A DNA stretch of 64,000 nucleotides from NCBI GenBank assembly GCA_964016885.1, contig OZ024744.1:9672001-9736000 (forward strand). The letters are read 5' to 3'. The notes below the pieces were generated by a model. The model saw only the letters and a program-made list of their open reading frames with translations, had not been told where the DNA came from and did not search any database. The translations under genes were made by a program, and so were the position numbers. Positions within the stretch are counted from its first letter, which is position 1, and every line of letters begins with the position of its first letter. The stretch comes from Eledone cirrhosa (taxonomy: Eukaryota). Below, one piece after another: positions 31,401 to 46,400 of the stretch.

Positions 31401-34400
31401 ATTTATCCCTCTTATGCACAGTTTCTCTCTCAACTCGTCACATGTCCGTACCATCTCAGTCTTCTCTCCCACACACCACAACTATTCCTTCTTATACGCC
31501 GTTTCTCTCTCAACACATCACATGTCCATACCATGTCAGTCTTCTCTCCCACACACCACAACTATTCCTTCTTATACACCGTTTCTCTCTCAACTCATCA
31601 CATGTCCATACCATCTCAGTCTTCTCTCCCACACACTACAACTTATCCCTCTTATACACAGTTTCCCTCTCAACTCATCACATGTCCATACCATCTCACA
31701 CTTCTCTCTTACACACTACAACTTATCCCTCTTATACACAGTTTCTCTCTCAACACATCACATGTCCATACCATCTCACACTTCTCTCTTACACACTACA
31801 AATTATGCCTCTTATACAGTTTATCTCTCAACACATCACATGTTCTTACCATCTCACACTTCTCTCCTGTAGACCACAGCTTATCCCTCTTATACACAAT
31901 TTCCCTCTCAACTCATCACATATCCTTACCATCTCAGTCTTCTCTACCACACACTACAACTTATCCCTCTTATAGACAGTTTCTCTCTCAACTCATCACA
32001 TGTACATACCATCTCAGTCTTCTCTCCCACACAGCACAACTTATCCCTCTTATACCCAGTGTCTCTCTTAACACATCACATGTCCATACCATCTCAGTCT
32101 ACTCTCCCACACACCACAACTTATCCCTCTTATACACAGTTTCTCTCTCAAATCATCACATGTCCATACCATCTCAGTCTTTTCGCCTGCACACTACAAC
32201 TTATCCCTCTTATACACAGTCTCTCTTTCAACTCATCACATGTCCATAGCATCTCAGTTTTCTCTCCTCTACACCACAATTTATCCCACTTGTACAGAGT
32301 CTCTCTCAACACATCACATGTCCACACCATCTCAGTCTTCTGTCCCACACACTACAACTTATCCCTCTTATACACAGTATCTCTCTAAACTCATCACATG
32401 TCCACAACATCTCAATCTTCTGTCCTACTCACTACAACTTATCCCTCTTATACCCAGTTTCTCTCTCAACTAATCACATGTCCATACCATCTCAGTCTTC
32501 TCTCCCACACACTACAACTTATCCCTCTTATACCCAGTTTCTCTGTCAACTCATCACATGGCCATACCATCTCAGTCTTCTCTCCCACACACCACAACTT
32601 ATCCCTCTTATACACAGTTTCTCTCTCAACTCATCACATGTCCATACCATCTCAGTCTTCTCTCCCACACACCACAACTTATCCCTCTTATACCCAGTGT
32701 CTCTCTCAACACATCACATGTCCATACCATCTCAGTCTTCTCTCCTGTAGACCACAGCTTATCCCTTTTATACACAGTTTCCCTCTCAACTCATCACATG
32801 TCCATACCACCTCAGTCTACTCTCCCACACACCACAACGTATCCCTCTTATACACAGTTTCTCTCTCAACACATCACATGTCCATACCATCTCAGTCTTC
32901 TCTCCCACACACCACAACTTATCCCTCTTATACACCGTTTCTCTCTCAACTCATCACATGTCCATACCATCTCAGTCTTCTCTCCCACATACCACAACTA
33001 TTCCTTCTTATACACCGTTTCTCTCTCAACTCATCACATGTCCATACCATCTCAGTCTTCTCTCCCACACACTACAACTTATCCCTCTTATACACAGTTT
33101 CCCTCTCAACTCATCACATGTCCATACCATCTCACACTTCTCTCTTACACACTACAAATTATGCCTCTTATACAGTTTATCTCTCAACACATCACATGTT
33201 CTTACCATCTCACACTTCTCTCCTGTAGACCACAGCTTATCCCTCTTATACACAATTTCCCTCTCAACTCATCACATATCCTTACCATCTCAGTCTTCTC
33301 TACCACACACTACAACTTATCCCTCTTATACACAGTTTCTCTCTCAACTCATCACATGTCCATACCATCGCAGCCTTCTCTCCCACACACTACAACTTAT
33401 CCCTCTTATACACAGTTTCTCTCTCAACTCATCACATGTACATACCATCTCAGTCTTCTCTCCCACACAGCACAACTTATCCCTCTTATACCCAGTGTCT
33501 CTCTTAACACATCACATGTCCATACCATCTCAGTCTACTCTCCCACACACCACAACTTATCCCTCTTATACACCGTTTCTCTCTCAACTCATCACATGTC
33601 CATACCATCTCAGTCTTCTCTCCCACACACCACAACTATTCCTTCTTATACACCGTTTCTCTCTCAACTCATCACATGTCCATACCATCTCAGTCTTCTC
33701 TCCCACACACTACAACTTATCCCTCTTATACACAGTTTCCCTCTCAACTCATCACATGTCCATACCATCTCACACTTCTCTCTTACACACTACAAATTAT
33801 GCCTCTTATACAGTTTATCTCTCAACACATCACATGTTCTTAGCATCTCACACTTCTCTCCTGTAGACCACAGCTTATCCCTCTTATACACAATTTCCCT
33901 CTCAACTCATCACATATCCTTACCATCTCAGTCTTCTCTACCACACACTACAACTTATCCCTCTTATACACAGTTTCTCTCTCAACTCATCACATGTCCA
34001 TGCCATCGCAGCCTTCTCTCCCACACACTACAACTTATCCCTCTTATACACAGTTTCTCTCTCAACTCATCACATGTACATACCATCTCAGTCTTCTCTC
34101 CCACACAGCACAACTTATCCCTCTTATACCCAGTGTCTCTCTTAACACATCACATGTCCATACCATCTCAGTCTACTCTCCCACACACCACAACTTATCC
34201 CTCTTATACACAGTTTCTCTCTCAACTCATCACATGTCCATACCATCTCAGTGTTCTCTCCCACACACCACAACGTATCCCTCTTATACACAGTTTCTCT
34301 CTCAAATCATCACATGTCCATACCATCTCAGTCTTTTCGCCTGCACACTACAACTTATCCCTCTTATACACAGTCTCTCTTTCAACTCATCACATGTCCA

Positions 34401-37400
34401 TAGCATCTCAGTTTTCTCTCCTCTACACCACAATTTATCCCACTTGTACAGAGTCTCTCTCAACACATCACATGTCCACACCATCTCAGTCTTCTGTCCC
34501 ACACACTACAACTTATCCCTCTTATACACAGTATCTCTCTAAACTCATCACATGTCCACAACATCTCAATCTTCTGTCCTACTCACTACAATTTATCCCT
34601 CTTATACCCAGTTTCTCTCTCAACTAATCACATGTCCATACCATCTCAGTCTTCTCTCCCACACACTACAACTTATCCCTCTTATACCCAGTTTCTCTGT
34701 CAACTCATCACATGGCCATACCATCTCAGTCTTCTCTCCCACACACCACAACTTATCCCTCTTATACCCAGTGTCTCTCTCAACACATCACATGTCCATA
34801 CCATCTCAGTCTTCTCTCCTGTAGACCACAGCTTATCCCTTTTATACACAGTTTCCCTCTCAACTCATCACATGTCCATACCACCTCAGTCTACTCTCCC
34901 ACACACCACAACGTATCCCTCTTATACACAGTTTCTCTCTCAACACATCACATGTCCATACCATCTCAGTCTTCTCTCCCACACACCACAACTTATCCCT
35001 CTTATACACCGTTTCTCTCTCAACTCATCACATGTCCATACCATCTCAGTCTTCTCTCCCACATACCACAACTATTCCTTCTTATACACCGTTTCTCTCT
35101 CAACTCATCACATGTCCATACCATCTCAGTCTTCTCTCCCACACACTACAACTTATCCCTCTTATACACAGTTTCCCTCTCAACTCATCACATGTCCATA
35201 CCATCTCACACTTCTCTCTTACACACTACAAATTATGCCTCTTATACAGTTTATCTCTCAACACATCACATGTTCTTACCATCTCACACTTCTCTCCTGT
35301 AGACCACAGCTTATCCCTCTTATACACAATTTCCCTCTCAACTCATCACATATCCTTACCATCTCAGTCTTCTCTACCACACACTACAACTTATCCCTCT
35401 TATACACAGTTTCTCTCTCAACTCATCACATGTCCATACCATCGCAGTCTTCTCTCCCACACACTACAACTTATCCCTCTTATACACAGTTTCTCTCTCA
35501 ACTCATCACATGTACATACCATCTCAGTCTTCTCTCCCACACAGCACAACTTATCCCTCTTATACCCAGTGTCTCTCTTAACACATCACATGTCCATACC
35601 ATCTCAGTCTACTCTCCCACACACCACAACTTATCCCTCTTATACACCGTTTCTCTCTCAACTCATCACATGTCCATACCATCTCAGTCTACTCTCCCAC
35701 ACACCACAACTTATCCCTCTTATACACAGTTTCTCTCTCAACTCATCACATGTCCATACCATCTCAGTCTTTTCGCCTGCACACTACAACTTATCCCTCT
35801 TATACACAGTCTCTCTTTCAACTCATCACATGTCCATAGCATCTCAGTTTTCTCTCCTCTACACCACAATTTATCCCACTTGTACAGAGTCTCTCTCAAC
35901 ACATCACATGTCCACACCATCTCAGTCTTCTGTCCCACACACTACAACTTATCCCTCTTATACACAGTATCTCTCTAAAATCATCACATGTCCACAACAT
36001 CTCAATCTTCTGTCCTACTCACTACAACTTATCCCTCTTATACCCAGTTTCTCTCTCAACTAATCACATGTCCATACCATCTCAGTCTTCTCTCCCACAC
36101 ACTACAACTTATCCCTCTTATACACAGTTTCTCTCTCAACTCATCACATGTCCATACCATCTCAGTCTTCTCTCCCACACACCACAACTTATCCCTCTTA
36201 TACCCAGTGTCTCTCTCAACACATCACATGTCCATACCATCTCAGTCTTCTCTCCTGTAGACCACAGCTTATCCCTTTTATACACAGTTTCCCTCTCAAC
36301 TCATCACATGTCCATACCACCTCAGTCTACTCTCCCACACACCACAACGTATCCCTCTTATACACAGTTTCTCTCTCAACACATCACATGTCCATACCAT
36401 CTCAGTCTTCTCTCCCACACACCACAAATTATCCCTCTTATACACCGTTTCTCTCTCAACTCATCACATGTCCATACCATCTCAGTGTTCTCTCCCACAC
36501 ACCACAACTTATCCCTCTAATACACAGTTTCTCTCTTAACGTGTCCATACCATCTCAGTCTTCTCTCCCACACACTACAACTTATCCCTCTTATACCCAG
36601 TTTCTCTCTCAACTTATCACATGTCCATACCATCTCAGTTTTCTCTCCCACACACTACAACTTATCCCTCTTATACACAGTTTCTCTCTCAACACATCAC
36701 ATGTCCATACCATCTCAGTCTTCTCTCCCACACACCACAACTTATCCCTCTTATACACAGTTTCTCTCTCAACTCATCACATGTCCATACCATCTCAGTT
36801 TTCTCTCCCACACACTACAACTTATCCCTCTTATACACAGTTTCTCTCTCAACACATCACATGTCCATACCATCTCAGTCTTCTCTCCTGTAGACCACAG
36901 CTTATCCCTTTTATACACAGTTTCCCTCTCAACTCATCACATGTCCATGCCACCTCAGTGTTCTCTCCCACACACCACAACTTATCCCTCTTATACACAG
37001 TTTCTCTCTCAACACATCACATGTGCATACTATCTCAGTCTTCTCTCCCACACACCACAACGTATCCTTCTTATACACAGTTTCTTTCTCAACTCATCAC
37101 ATCTCCATACCATCTAACTCTTCTCTCCCATATCACTCTTATACACCGTTTCTCTCTCAACTCATCACATGTCCATACCATCTCTGTCTGGTCTCCTGTA
37201 AACCACAACGTATCCCTCTTATACAAAGTTTCTCTCTCAACACATCACATGTCCATACCATCTCAGTCTTCTCTCCCACACACCACAACTAATCCTTCTT
37301 ATACACCGTTTCTCTCTCAACTCATCACATGTCCATACCATCTAACTCTTCTCTCCCATACAATACAACTTATACCTCTTATACACAGTTTCTCTCTCAA

Positions 37401-40400
37401 CACATCACATGTCCATACCATCTCTGTCTTCTCTCCGGTACACCACAACTTATCCCTCTAATACACAGTTTCTCTCTTAACGTGTCAATACCATCTCAGT
37501 CTTCTTTCCCACACACTACAACTTATCCCTCTTATACCCAGTTTCTCTCTTAACGCCTAACATATCCATACCATCTCAGTCTTCTGTCCCAATCACTACA
37601 ACTTATCTCTCTTATACCCAGTTTCTTTTTCAACTCATCACATGTCCATACCATCGCAGTTTTCTCTCCCACACACTATAACTTATCCTTCTTATACACA
37701 GTTTCTCTCTCAACTCCTCACATGTCCATACCATCTCAGTCTTCTCTCCCACGCACTACTACTTATCCCTCTTATACACAGTTTTTCTCTCAACTCATCA
37801 CATGTCCTTTCCATCACAGTCTTCTCTCCCACACACCACAACTTATCCGTCTTATACACAGTTTCTCTCTCAACTCATCACATGTCCATACCATCTCAGT
37901 GTTCTCTCCCACACACCACAACGTATCCCTCTTATACACAGTTTCTCTCTCAACACATCACATGTCCATACCAACACAGACTTCTCTCCCACACAGTACA
38001 ACTTATCCCTCTTATGCCCAGTTTCTCTCTCAACACATCACATGTCCATACCATCTCAGTCTTCTCTACCACACACTACAACTTATCCCTCTTATACATA
38101 ATTTCCCTCTCAACTCATTACATGTCCTTACCATCTCAGTCTTCTCTACCACACACTACAACTTATCCCTCTCATACACAATTTCCCTCTCAACTCATCA
38201 CATGTCCATACCATCTCAGTCTTCTCTCCTGCACACTAAAACTTATCCCTCTAATACACAGTTTCTCTCTTAACGTGTCCATACCATCTCAGTCTTCTCT
38301 CCCACACACTACAACTTATCCCTCTTATACACAGTTTCTCTCTCAACTCCTCACATGTCCATACCAACACAGTCTTCTCTCCCACACACTACAACTTATC
38401 CCTCTTATACACAGGGTCTCTCTCAACACATCACATGTCCATACCATCCCAATCTTCTCTCCCACACACCACAACATATCCCTCTTATACACAGTGTCTC
38501 TCTCAACTAATTACATGTCCATACCATCTCGGTTTTCTCTCCCACACACCACAACTTATCCCTCTTATACAATGTGTCTCTCTCAACACATCACATGTCC
38601 ATACCATCTCAGTCTTCTCTCCCACACACCACAACTTATCCCTCTTATACACAGTTTACCTCCCAACACATCACATGTCCATACCATCTCAGTCTTCTCT
38701 CCCACACACCACAACTTATCACTCTTATACACAGTTTCTCTCTTAACACCTCACATGTCCATACCTTCTCAGTCTTCTCTCCCACACACCACAACTTATC
38801 ACTCTTATACACAGTTTCTCTCTCAACTCGTCACATGTCCATACCATCTCATTCTTCTCTACCACACACCACAACTAATCCTTCTTATACACAGTTTCTC
38901 TCTCCACACATCACATGTGCATACCATCACACTCTTCTCTCCCATATCGCCCTTATACACCGTTTCACTCTCAACTCATCAGATGTCCATACCATCGCAG
39001 TTTTCTCTGCCACACACCACAACTTATCCCTCTTATACACAGTTTCTCTCTCAACACATCACATGTCCATACCATCGCAGTTTTCTCTTGCACACACCAC
39101 AACTTATCCCTCTGATACACAGTTTCTCTCTTAACGTTTCCATACCATCGCAGTTTTCTCTCCCACACGCCACAACTTGTCCCTCTTATACACAGTATCT
39201 CTCTAAACTCATCACATGTCCATACCATCTCAGTTTTCTTTCCCACACACTACAACTTATCTCTCTTATACCCAGTTTCTCTCTCAACTCATCACATGTC
39301 CATACCATCTCAGTTTTCTCTCCCACACACTACAACTTATCCCTCTTATACCCAGTTTCTCTCTCAACTCATCACATGTCCATGCCATCTCAGTTTTCTC
39401 TCCCACATACCACAACTTATCCCTCTTATACACAGTTTGCCTCTCAACACATCACATGTCCATACCATCTCAGTCTTCCCTCCGATACACCACAACTTAT
39501 CCCTCTCATACACTGTTTCCCTCTCAACACATCACATATTCATACCATCTCAGTCTTCTCTCCCTCACACTACAACTTATCCCTCTTATACACAGTTTCT
39601 CTCTCAACACATCACATGTCCATACCATCTCTGTCTTCTCTCCTCCACACCACAACTTATCCCTCTTATACACAGTTTCTCTCTCAACACATCACATGAC
39701 CATACCATCTCAGTCTTCTCACCGACACACCACAACTAATCCCTCTTATACACAGTTTCTCTCTCAACTGATCACATATCCATAGCATCTCAGCCTTCTC
39801 TCCCACACACCACAACTTATCCCTCTAATACACAGTTTGTCTCTTAACGTGTCAATACCATCTCAGTCTTCTCTCCCACACACTACAACTTATCCCTCTT
39901 ATACCCAGTTTCTCTCTTAACACCTCACATGTCCATACCATCTCAGTTTTCTCTCCCACACACTACAACTTATCCTTCTTATACACAGTTTCTCTCTCAA
40001 CTCCTCACATGTCCATACCATCTCAGTCTTCTCTCCCACACACTACTACTTATCCCTCTTATACACAGTTTTTCTCTCAACTCATCACATGTCCTTTCCA
40101 TCACAGTCTTCTCTCCCACACACTACAACTTATCTCTCTTATACACAGTTTCTCTCTCAACTCATCACATATCCATACAATCAGTCTTCTCTCCCACACA
40201 CTACAACTTATCCCTCTTATACCCAGTTTCTCTCTTAACACCTGACATGTCCATACCTTCTCAGTCTTCTCTCCCACACACCACAACTTATCCCTCTTAT
40301 ACACAGTTTCCCTCTCAACTCATCACATATCCCTACCATCTCACTCTTCTCTCCCATACACTACAACTTATCCCTCTTATACACAGTTTCTCTCTCAACA

Positions 40401-43400
40401 CATCACATGTCCATACCATCTCAGTCTTCTCTCCCACATACTACAACTTATCCCTCTGATACACAGTTTTTCTCTCAACTCATCTCATGTCCTTTCCATC
40501 ACAGTCTTCTCTCCCACACACTACAAGTTATCCCTCTTATATACAGTTTCACTCTCAACTCATCACCTATCCATACCATCTCAGTCTTCTCTCCCCCACA
40601 CTACAACTTATCCCTCTTATACACAGTTTCCCTCTCAACTCATCACATATTCCTACCATCTCACTCTTCTCTCCCACACACTACAACTTATCCCTCTTAT
40701 ACACAGTTTCTCTCTCAACACGTCACATGTCCATACCATATCTGCCTTCTCTCCCTCACACCACAACTTATCCCTCTTATACACAGTTTCCCTCTCAACA
40801 CATCACATGTCCATACCATCTCATGCATCTCTCCCACACACCACAACTTATCCCTCTTATACCCAGTTTCTCTGAACTCGTCACATGTCCATACCATCTC
40901 AGTCTTCTCTCCCACACACCACAACTAATCCTTCTTATACACCGTTTCTCTCTCAACTCATCACATGTCCATACCATCTAACTCTTCTCTCCCATACAAT
41001 ACAACTTATACCTCTTATACACAGTTTCTCTCTCAACACATCACATGTCCATACCATCTCTGTCTTCTCTCCGGTACACCACAACTTATCCCTCTAATAC
41101 ACAGTTTCTCTCTTAACGTGTCAATACCATCTCAGTCTTCTCTCCCACACACTACAACTTATCCCTCTTATACCCAGTTTCGCTCTTAACGCCTCACATA
41201 TCCATACCATCTCAGTCTTCTGTCCCAATCACTACAACTTATCTCTCTTATACCCAGTTTCTTTTTCAACTCATCACATGTCCATACCATCGCAGTTTTC
41301 TCTCCCACACACTATAACTTATCCTTCTTATACACAGTTTCTCTCTCAACTCCTCACATGTCCATACCATCTCAGTCTTCTCTCCCACACACTACTACTT
41401 ATCCCTCTTATACACAGTTTTTCTCTCAACTCATCACATGTCCTTTCCATCACAGTCTTCTCTCCCACACACCACAACTTATCCGTCTTATACACAGTTT
41501 CTCTCTCAACTCATCACATGTCCATACCATCTCAGTGTTCTCTCCCACACACCACAACTTATCATCTTATACACAGTTTCTCTCTCAACTAATCACATGT
41601 CCATACCATCTCTGTCTTGTCTCCTGTAAACTACAACGTATCCATCTTATTCACAGTTTCTCTCTCAACTCATCACATGTCCATACCATCTCAGTGTTCT
41701 CTCCCACACACCACAACGTATCCCTCTTATACACAGTTTCTCTCTCAACACATCACATGTCCATACCAACACAGACTTCTCTCCCACACAGTACAACTTA
41801 TCCCTCTTATGCCCAGTTTCTCTCTCAACACATCACATGTCCATACCATCTCAGTCTTCTCTACCACACACTACAACTTATCCCTCTTATACACAATTTC
41901 CCTCTCAACTCATTACATGTCCTTACCATCTCAGTCTTCTCTACCACACACTACAACTTATCCCTCTCATACACAATTTCCCTCTCAACTCATCACATGT
42001 CAATACCATCTCAGTCTTCTCTCCTGCACACTAAAACTTATCCCTCTAATACACAGTTTCTCTCTTAACGTGTCCATACCATCTCAGTCTTCTGTCCCAC
42101 ACACTACAACTTATCCCTCTTATACACTGTTTCTCTCTCAACTCCTCACATGTCCATACCAACACAGTCTTCTCTCCCACACACTACAACTTATCCCTCT
42201 TATACACAGTGTCTCTCTCAACTAATTACATGTCCATACCATCTCGGTTTTCTCTCCCACACACCACAACTTATCCCTCTTATACAATGTGTCTCTCTCA
42301 ACACATCACATGTCCATACCATCTCAGTCTTCTCTCCCACACACCACAACTTATCCCTCTTATACACAGTTTACCTCCCAACACATCACATGTCCATACC
42401 ATCTCAGTCTTCTCTCCCACACACCACAACTTATCACTCTTATACACAGTTTCTCTCTCAACTCGTCACATGTCCTTACCATCTCATTCTTCTCTACCAC
42501 ACACCACAACTAATCCTTCTTATACACAGTTTCTCTCTCCACACATCACATGTGCATACCATGACACTCTTCTCTCCCATATCGCCCTTATACACCGTTT
42601 CACTCTCAACTCATCAGATGTCCATACCATCGCAGTTTTCTCTGCCACACACCACAACTTATCCCTCTTATACACAGTTTCTCTCTCAACACATCACATG
42701 TCCATACCATCGCAGTTTTCTCTTGCACACACCACAACTTATCCCTCTGATACACAGTTTCTCTCTTAACGTTTCCATACCATCGCAGTTTTCTCTCCCA
42801 CACGCCACAACTTGTCCCTCTTATACACAGTATCTCTCTAAACTCATCACATGTCCATACCATCTCAGTTTTCTTTCCCACACACTACAACTTATCTCTC
42901 TTATACCCAGTTTCTCTCTCAACTCATCACATGTCCATACCATCTCAGTTTTCTCTCCCACACACTACAACTTATCCCTCTTATACCCAGTTTCTCTCTC
43001 AACTAATCACATGTCCATACCATCTCAGTTTTCTCTCCTCCACACCACAACTTATCCCTCTTATACACAGTTTCTCTCTCAACACATCACATGACCATAC
43101 CATCTCAGTCTTCTCACCGACACACCACAACTAATCCCTCTTATACACAGTTTCTCTCTCAACTGATCACATATCCATAGCATCTCAGCCTTCTCTCCCA
43201 CACACCACAACTTATCCCTCTAATACACAGTTTGTCTCTTAACGTGTCAATACCATCTCAGTCTTCTCTCCCACACACTACAACTTATCCCTCTTATACC
43301 CAGTTTCTCTCTCAACTCCTCACATGTCCATACCATCACAGTCTTCTCTCCCACACACTACAACTTATCTCTCTTATACACAGTTTCTCTCTCAACTCAT

Positions 43401-46400
43401 CACATATCCATACAATCAGTCTTCTCTCCCACACACTACAACTTATCCCTCTTATACCCAGTTTCTCTCTTAACACCTGACATGTCCATACCATCTCAGT
43501 CTTCTCTCCCACATACTACAACTTATCCCTCTTATACACAGTTTCCCTCTCAACTCATCACATATCCCTACCATCTCACTCTTCTCTCCCACACACTACA
43601 ACTTATCCCTCTTATACACAGTTTCTCTCTCAACACATCACATGTCCATACCATCTCAGTCTTCTCACCCACACACCACAACTAATCCTTCTTATACACC
43701 GTTTCTCTCTCAACTCATCACATGTCCATACCATCTAACTCTTCTCTCCCACACACCACAACTTATCCTTCTCATACACAGTTTCTCTCTCAACTCCTCA
43801 CATGTCCATACCATCTAACTCTTCTCTCCCACACACTACTACTTATCCCTCTTATACACAGTTTTTCCCTCAACTCATCACATGTCCTTACCATCACAGT
43901 CTTCTCTCCCACACACTACAACTTATCCCTCTTATACACAGTTTCTCTCTCAACACATCACATGTTCATACCATCTCTGTCTTCTCACCCACACACCACA
44001 ACTAATCCTTCTTATACACAGTATCTCTCTCAACTCGTCACATGTCCATACCATCTAACTCTTCTCTCCCACACACTATAACTTATCCCTCTAATACACA
44101 GTTTCTCTCTTAACGTTTCCATACCATCGCAGTTTTCTCTCCCACACACCACAACTTGCCCCTCTTATACACAGTATCTCTCTCAACACATCACATGTCC
44201 ATAGCATCTAACTCTTCTCTCCCACACACTATAACTTATCCTTCTTATACACAGTTTTTCTCTCAACTCATCACATGTCCTTTCCAGCACAGTCTTCTCT
44301 CCCACACACTACAACTTATCCCTCTTATACACAGTTTCTCTCTCAACTCATCACATATCCATAGCATCTCAGCCTTCTCTCCCACACACCACAACTTATC
44401 CCTCTAATACACAGTTTCTCTCTTAACGTGTCCATACCATCTCAGTCTTCTCTCCCACACACTACAACTTATCCCTCTTATACTCTGTTTCTCTCTTAAC
44501 ACCTCACATGTCCATACCATCTCACTCTTCTCTCCCACGCACTACAACTTATCCCTCTTATACACAGTTTCTCTCTCAACACATCACATGTCCATACCAT
44601 CTCAGTCTTCTGTCCCACACACTACAACTCATCCCTCTTATACACAGTTTCTCTCTTAAAGTGTCCATACCATCTCAGTCTTCTCTCCCACACACTACAA
44701 CTTATCCCTCTTATACCCAGTTTCCCATTCAACACGTCACATGTCCATACCATATCTGTCTACTCTCCCTTGCACCACAACTTATCCCTCTTATACACAG
44801 TATCTCTCTCAACTCGTCACATGTCCATACCATCTCAGCCTTCTCTCCAACACACCACAAGTTATCCCTCTAATACACAGTTTCTCTCTTAACGTGTCAA
44901 TACCATCTCAGTCTTCTCTCCCACACACTACAACTTATCCCTCTTATACACAGTTTCTCTCTTAACACCTCACATGTCCATACCATCTCAGTCTTCTCTC
45001 CCAATCACTACAACTTATCTCTCTTATACCCAGTTTCTCTCTCAACTAATCACATGTCCATACCATCTCAGTTTTCTCTCCCACACACTACAACTTATCC
45101 CTCTTATACCCAGTTTATCTCTCAACTCATCACATGTCCATGCCATCTCAGTTTTCTCTCCCACATACCACAACTTATCCCTCTTATATCAGTTTGCCTC
45201 TCAACACATCACATGTCCATACCATCTCAGTCTTCCCTCCGATACACCACAACTTATCCCTCTCATACACTGTTTCCCTCTCAACACATCACATATTCAT
45301 ACCATCTCAGTCTTCTCTCCCCCACACCACAACTTATCCCTCTTATATACAGTTTCTCTCTCAACACATCACATGACCATACCATCTCAGTCTTCTCACC
45401 GACACACCACAACTAATCCCTCTTATACACAGTTTCTCTCTCAACTGATCACATATCCATAGCATCTCAGTCTTCTGTCCCACACACTACAAATTATCCC
45501 TCTAATACACAGTTTGTCTCTTAACGTGTCAATACCATCTCAGTCTTCTCTCCCACACACTACAACTTATCCCTCTTATACCCAGTTTCTCTCTTAACAC
45601 CTCACATGTCCATACCATCTCACTCTTCTCTCCCAATCACTACAACTTATCTCTCTTATACCCAGTTTCTTTTTCAACTAATCACATGTCCATACCATCG
45701 CAGTTTTCTCTCCCACACACTATAAAATATCCTTCTTATACACAGTTTCTCTCTCAACTCCTCACATGTCCATACCATCTCAGTCTTCTCTCCCACACAC
45801 TACTACTTATCCCTCTTATACACAGTTTTTCTCTCAACTCATCACATGTCCTTTCCATCACAGTCTTCTCTCCCACACACTACAACTTATCTCTCTTATA
45901 CACAGTTTCTCTCTCAACTCATCACATATCCATACAATCTCAGTCTTCTCTCCCACACACTACAACTTATCCCTCTTATACCCAGTTTCTCTCTTAACAC
46001 CTGACATGTCCATACCTTCTCAGTCTTCTCTCCCACACACCACAACTTATCCCTCTTATACACAGTTTCCCTCTCAACTCGTCACATATCCCTACCATCT
46101 CACACTTCTCTCCCACACACTACAACTTATCCCTCTTATACACAGTTTCTCTCTCAACACATCACATGTCCATACCATCTCAGTCTTCTCTCCCACATAC
46201 TACAACTTATCCCTCTTATACACAGTTTCCCTCTCAACTCATCACATATCCCTACCATCTCACTCTTCTCTCCCACACACTACAACTTATCCCTCTTATA
46301 CACAGTTTCTCTCTCAACACATCACATGTCCATACCATCTCAGTCTTCTCTCTCACACACTACAACTTATCCCTCTTATACCCAGTTTCTCTCTTAACAC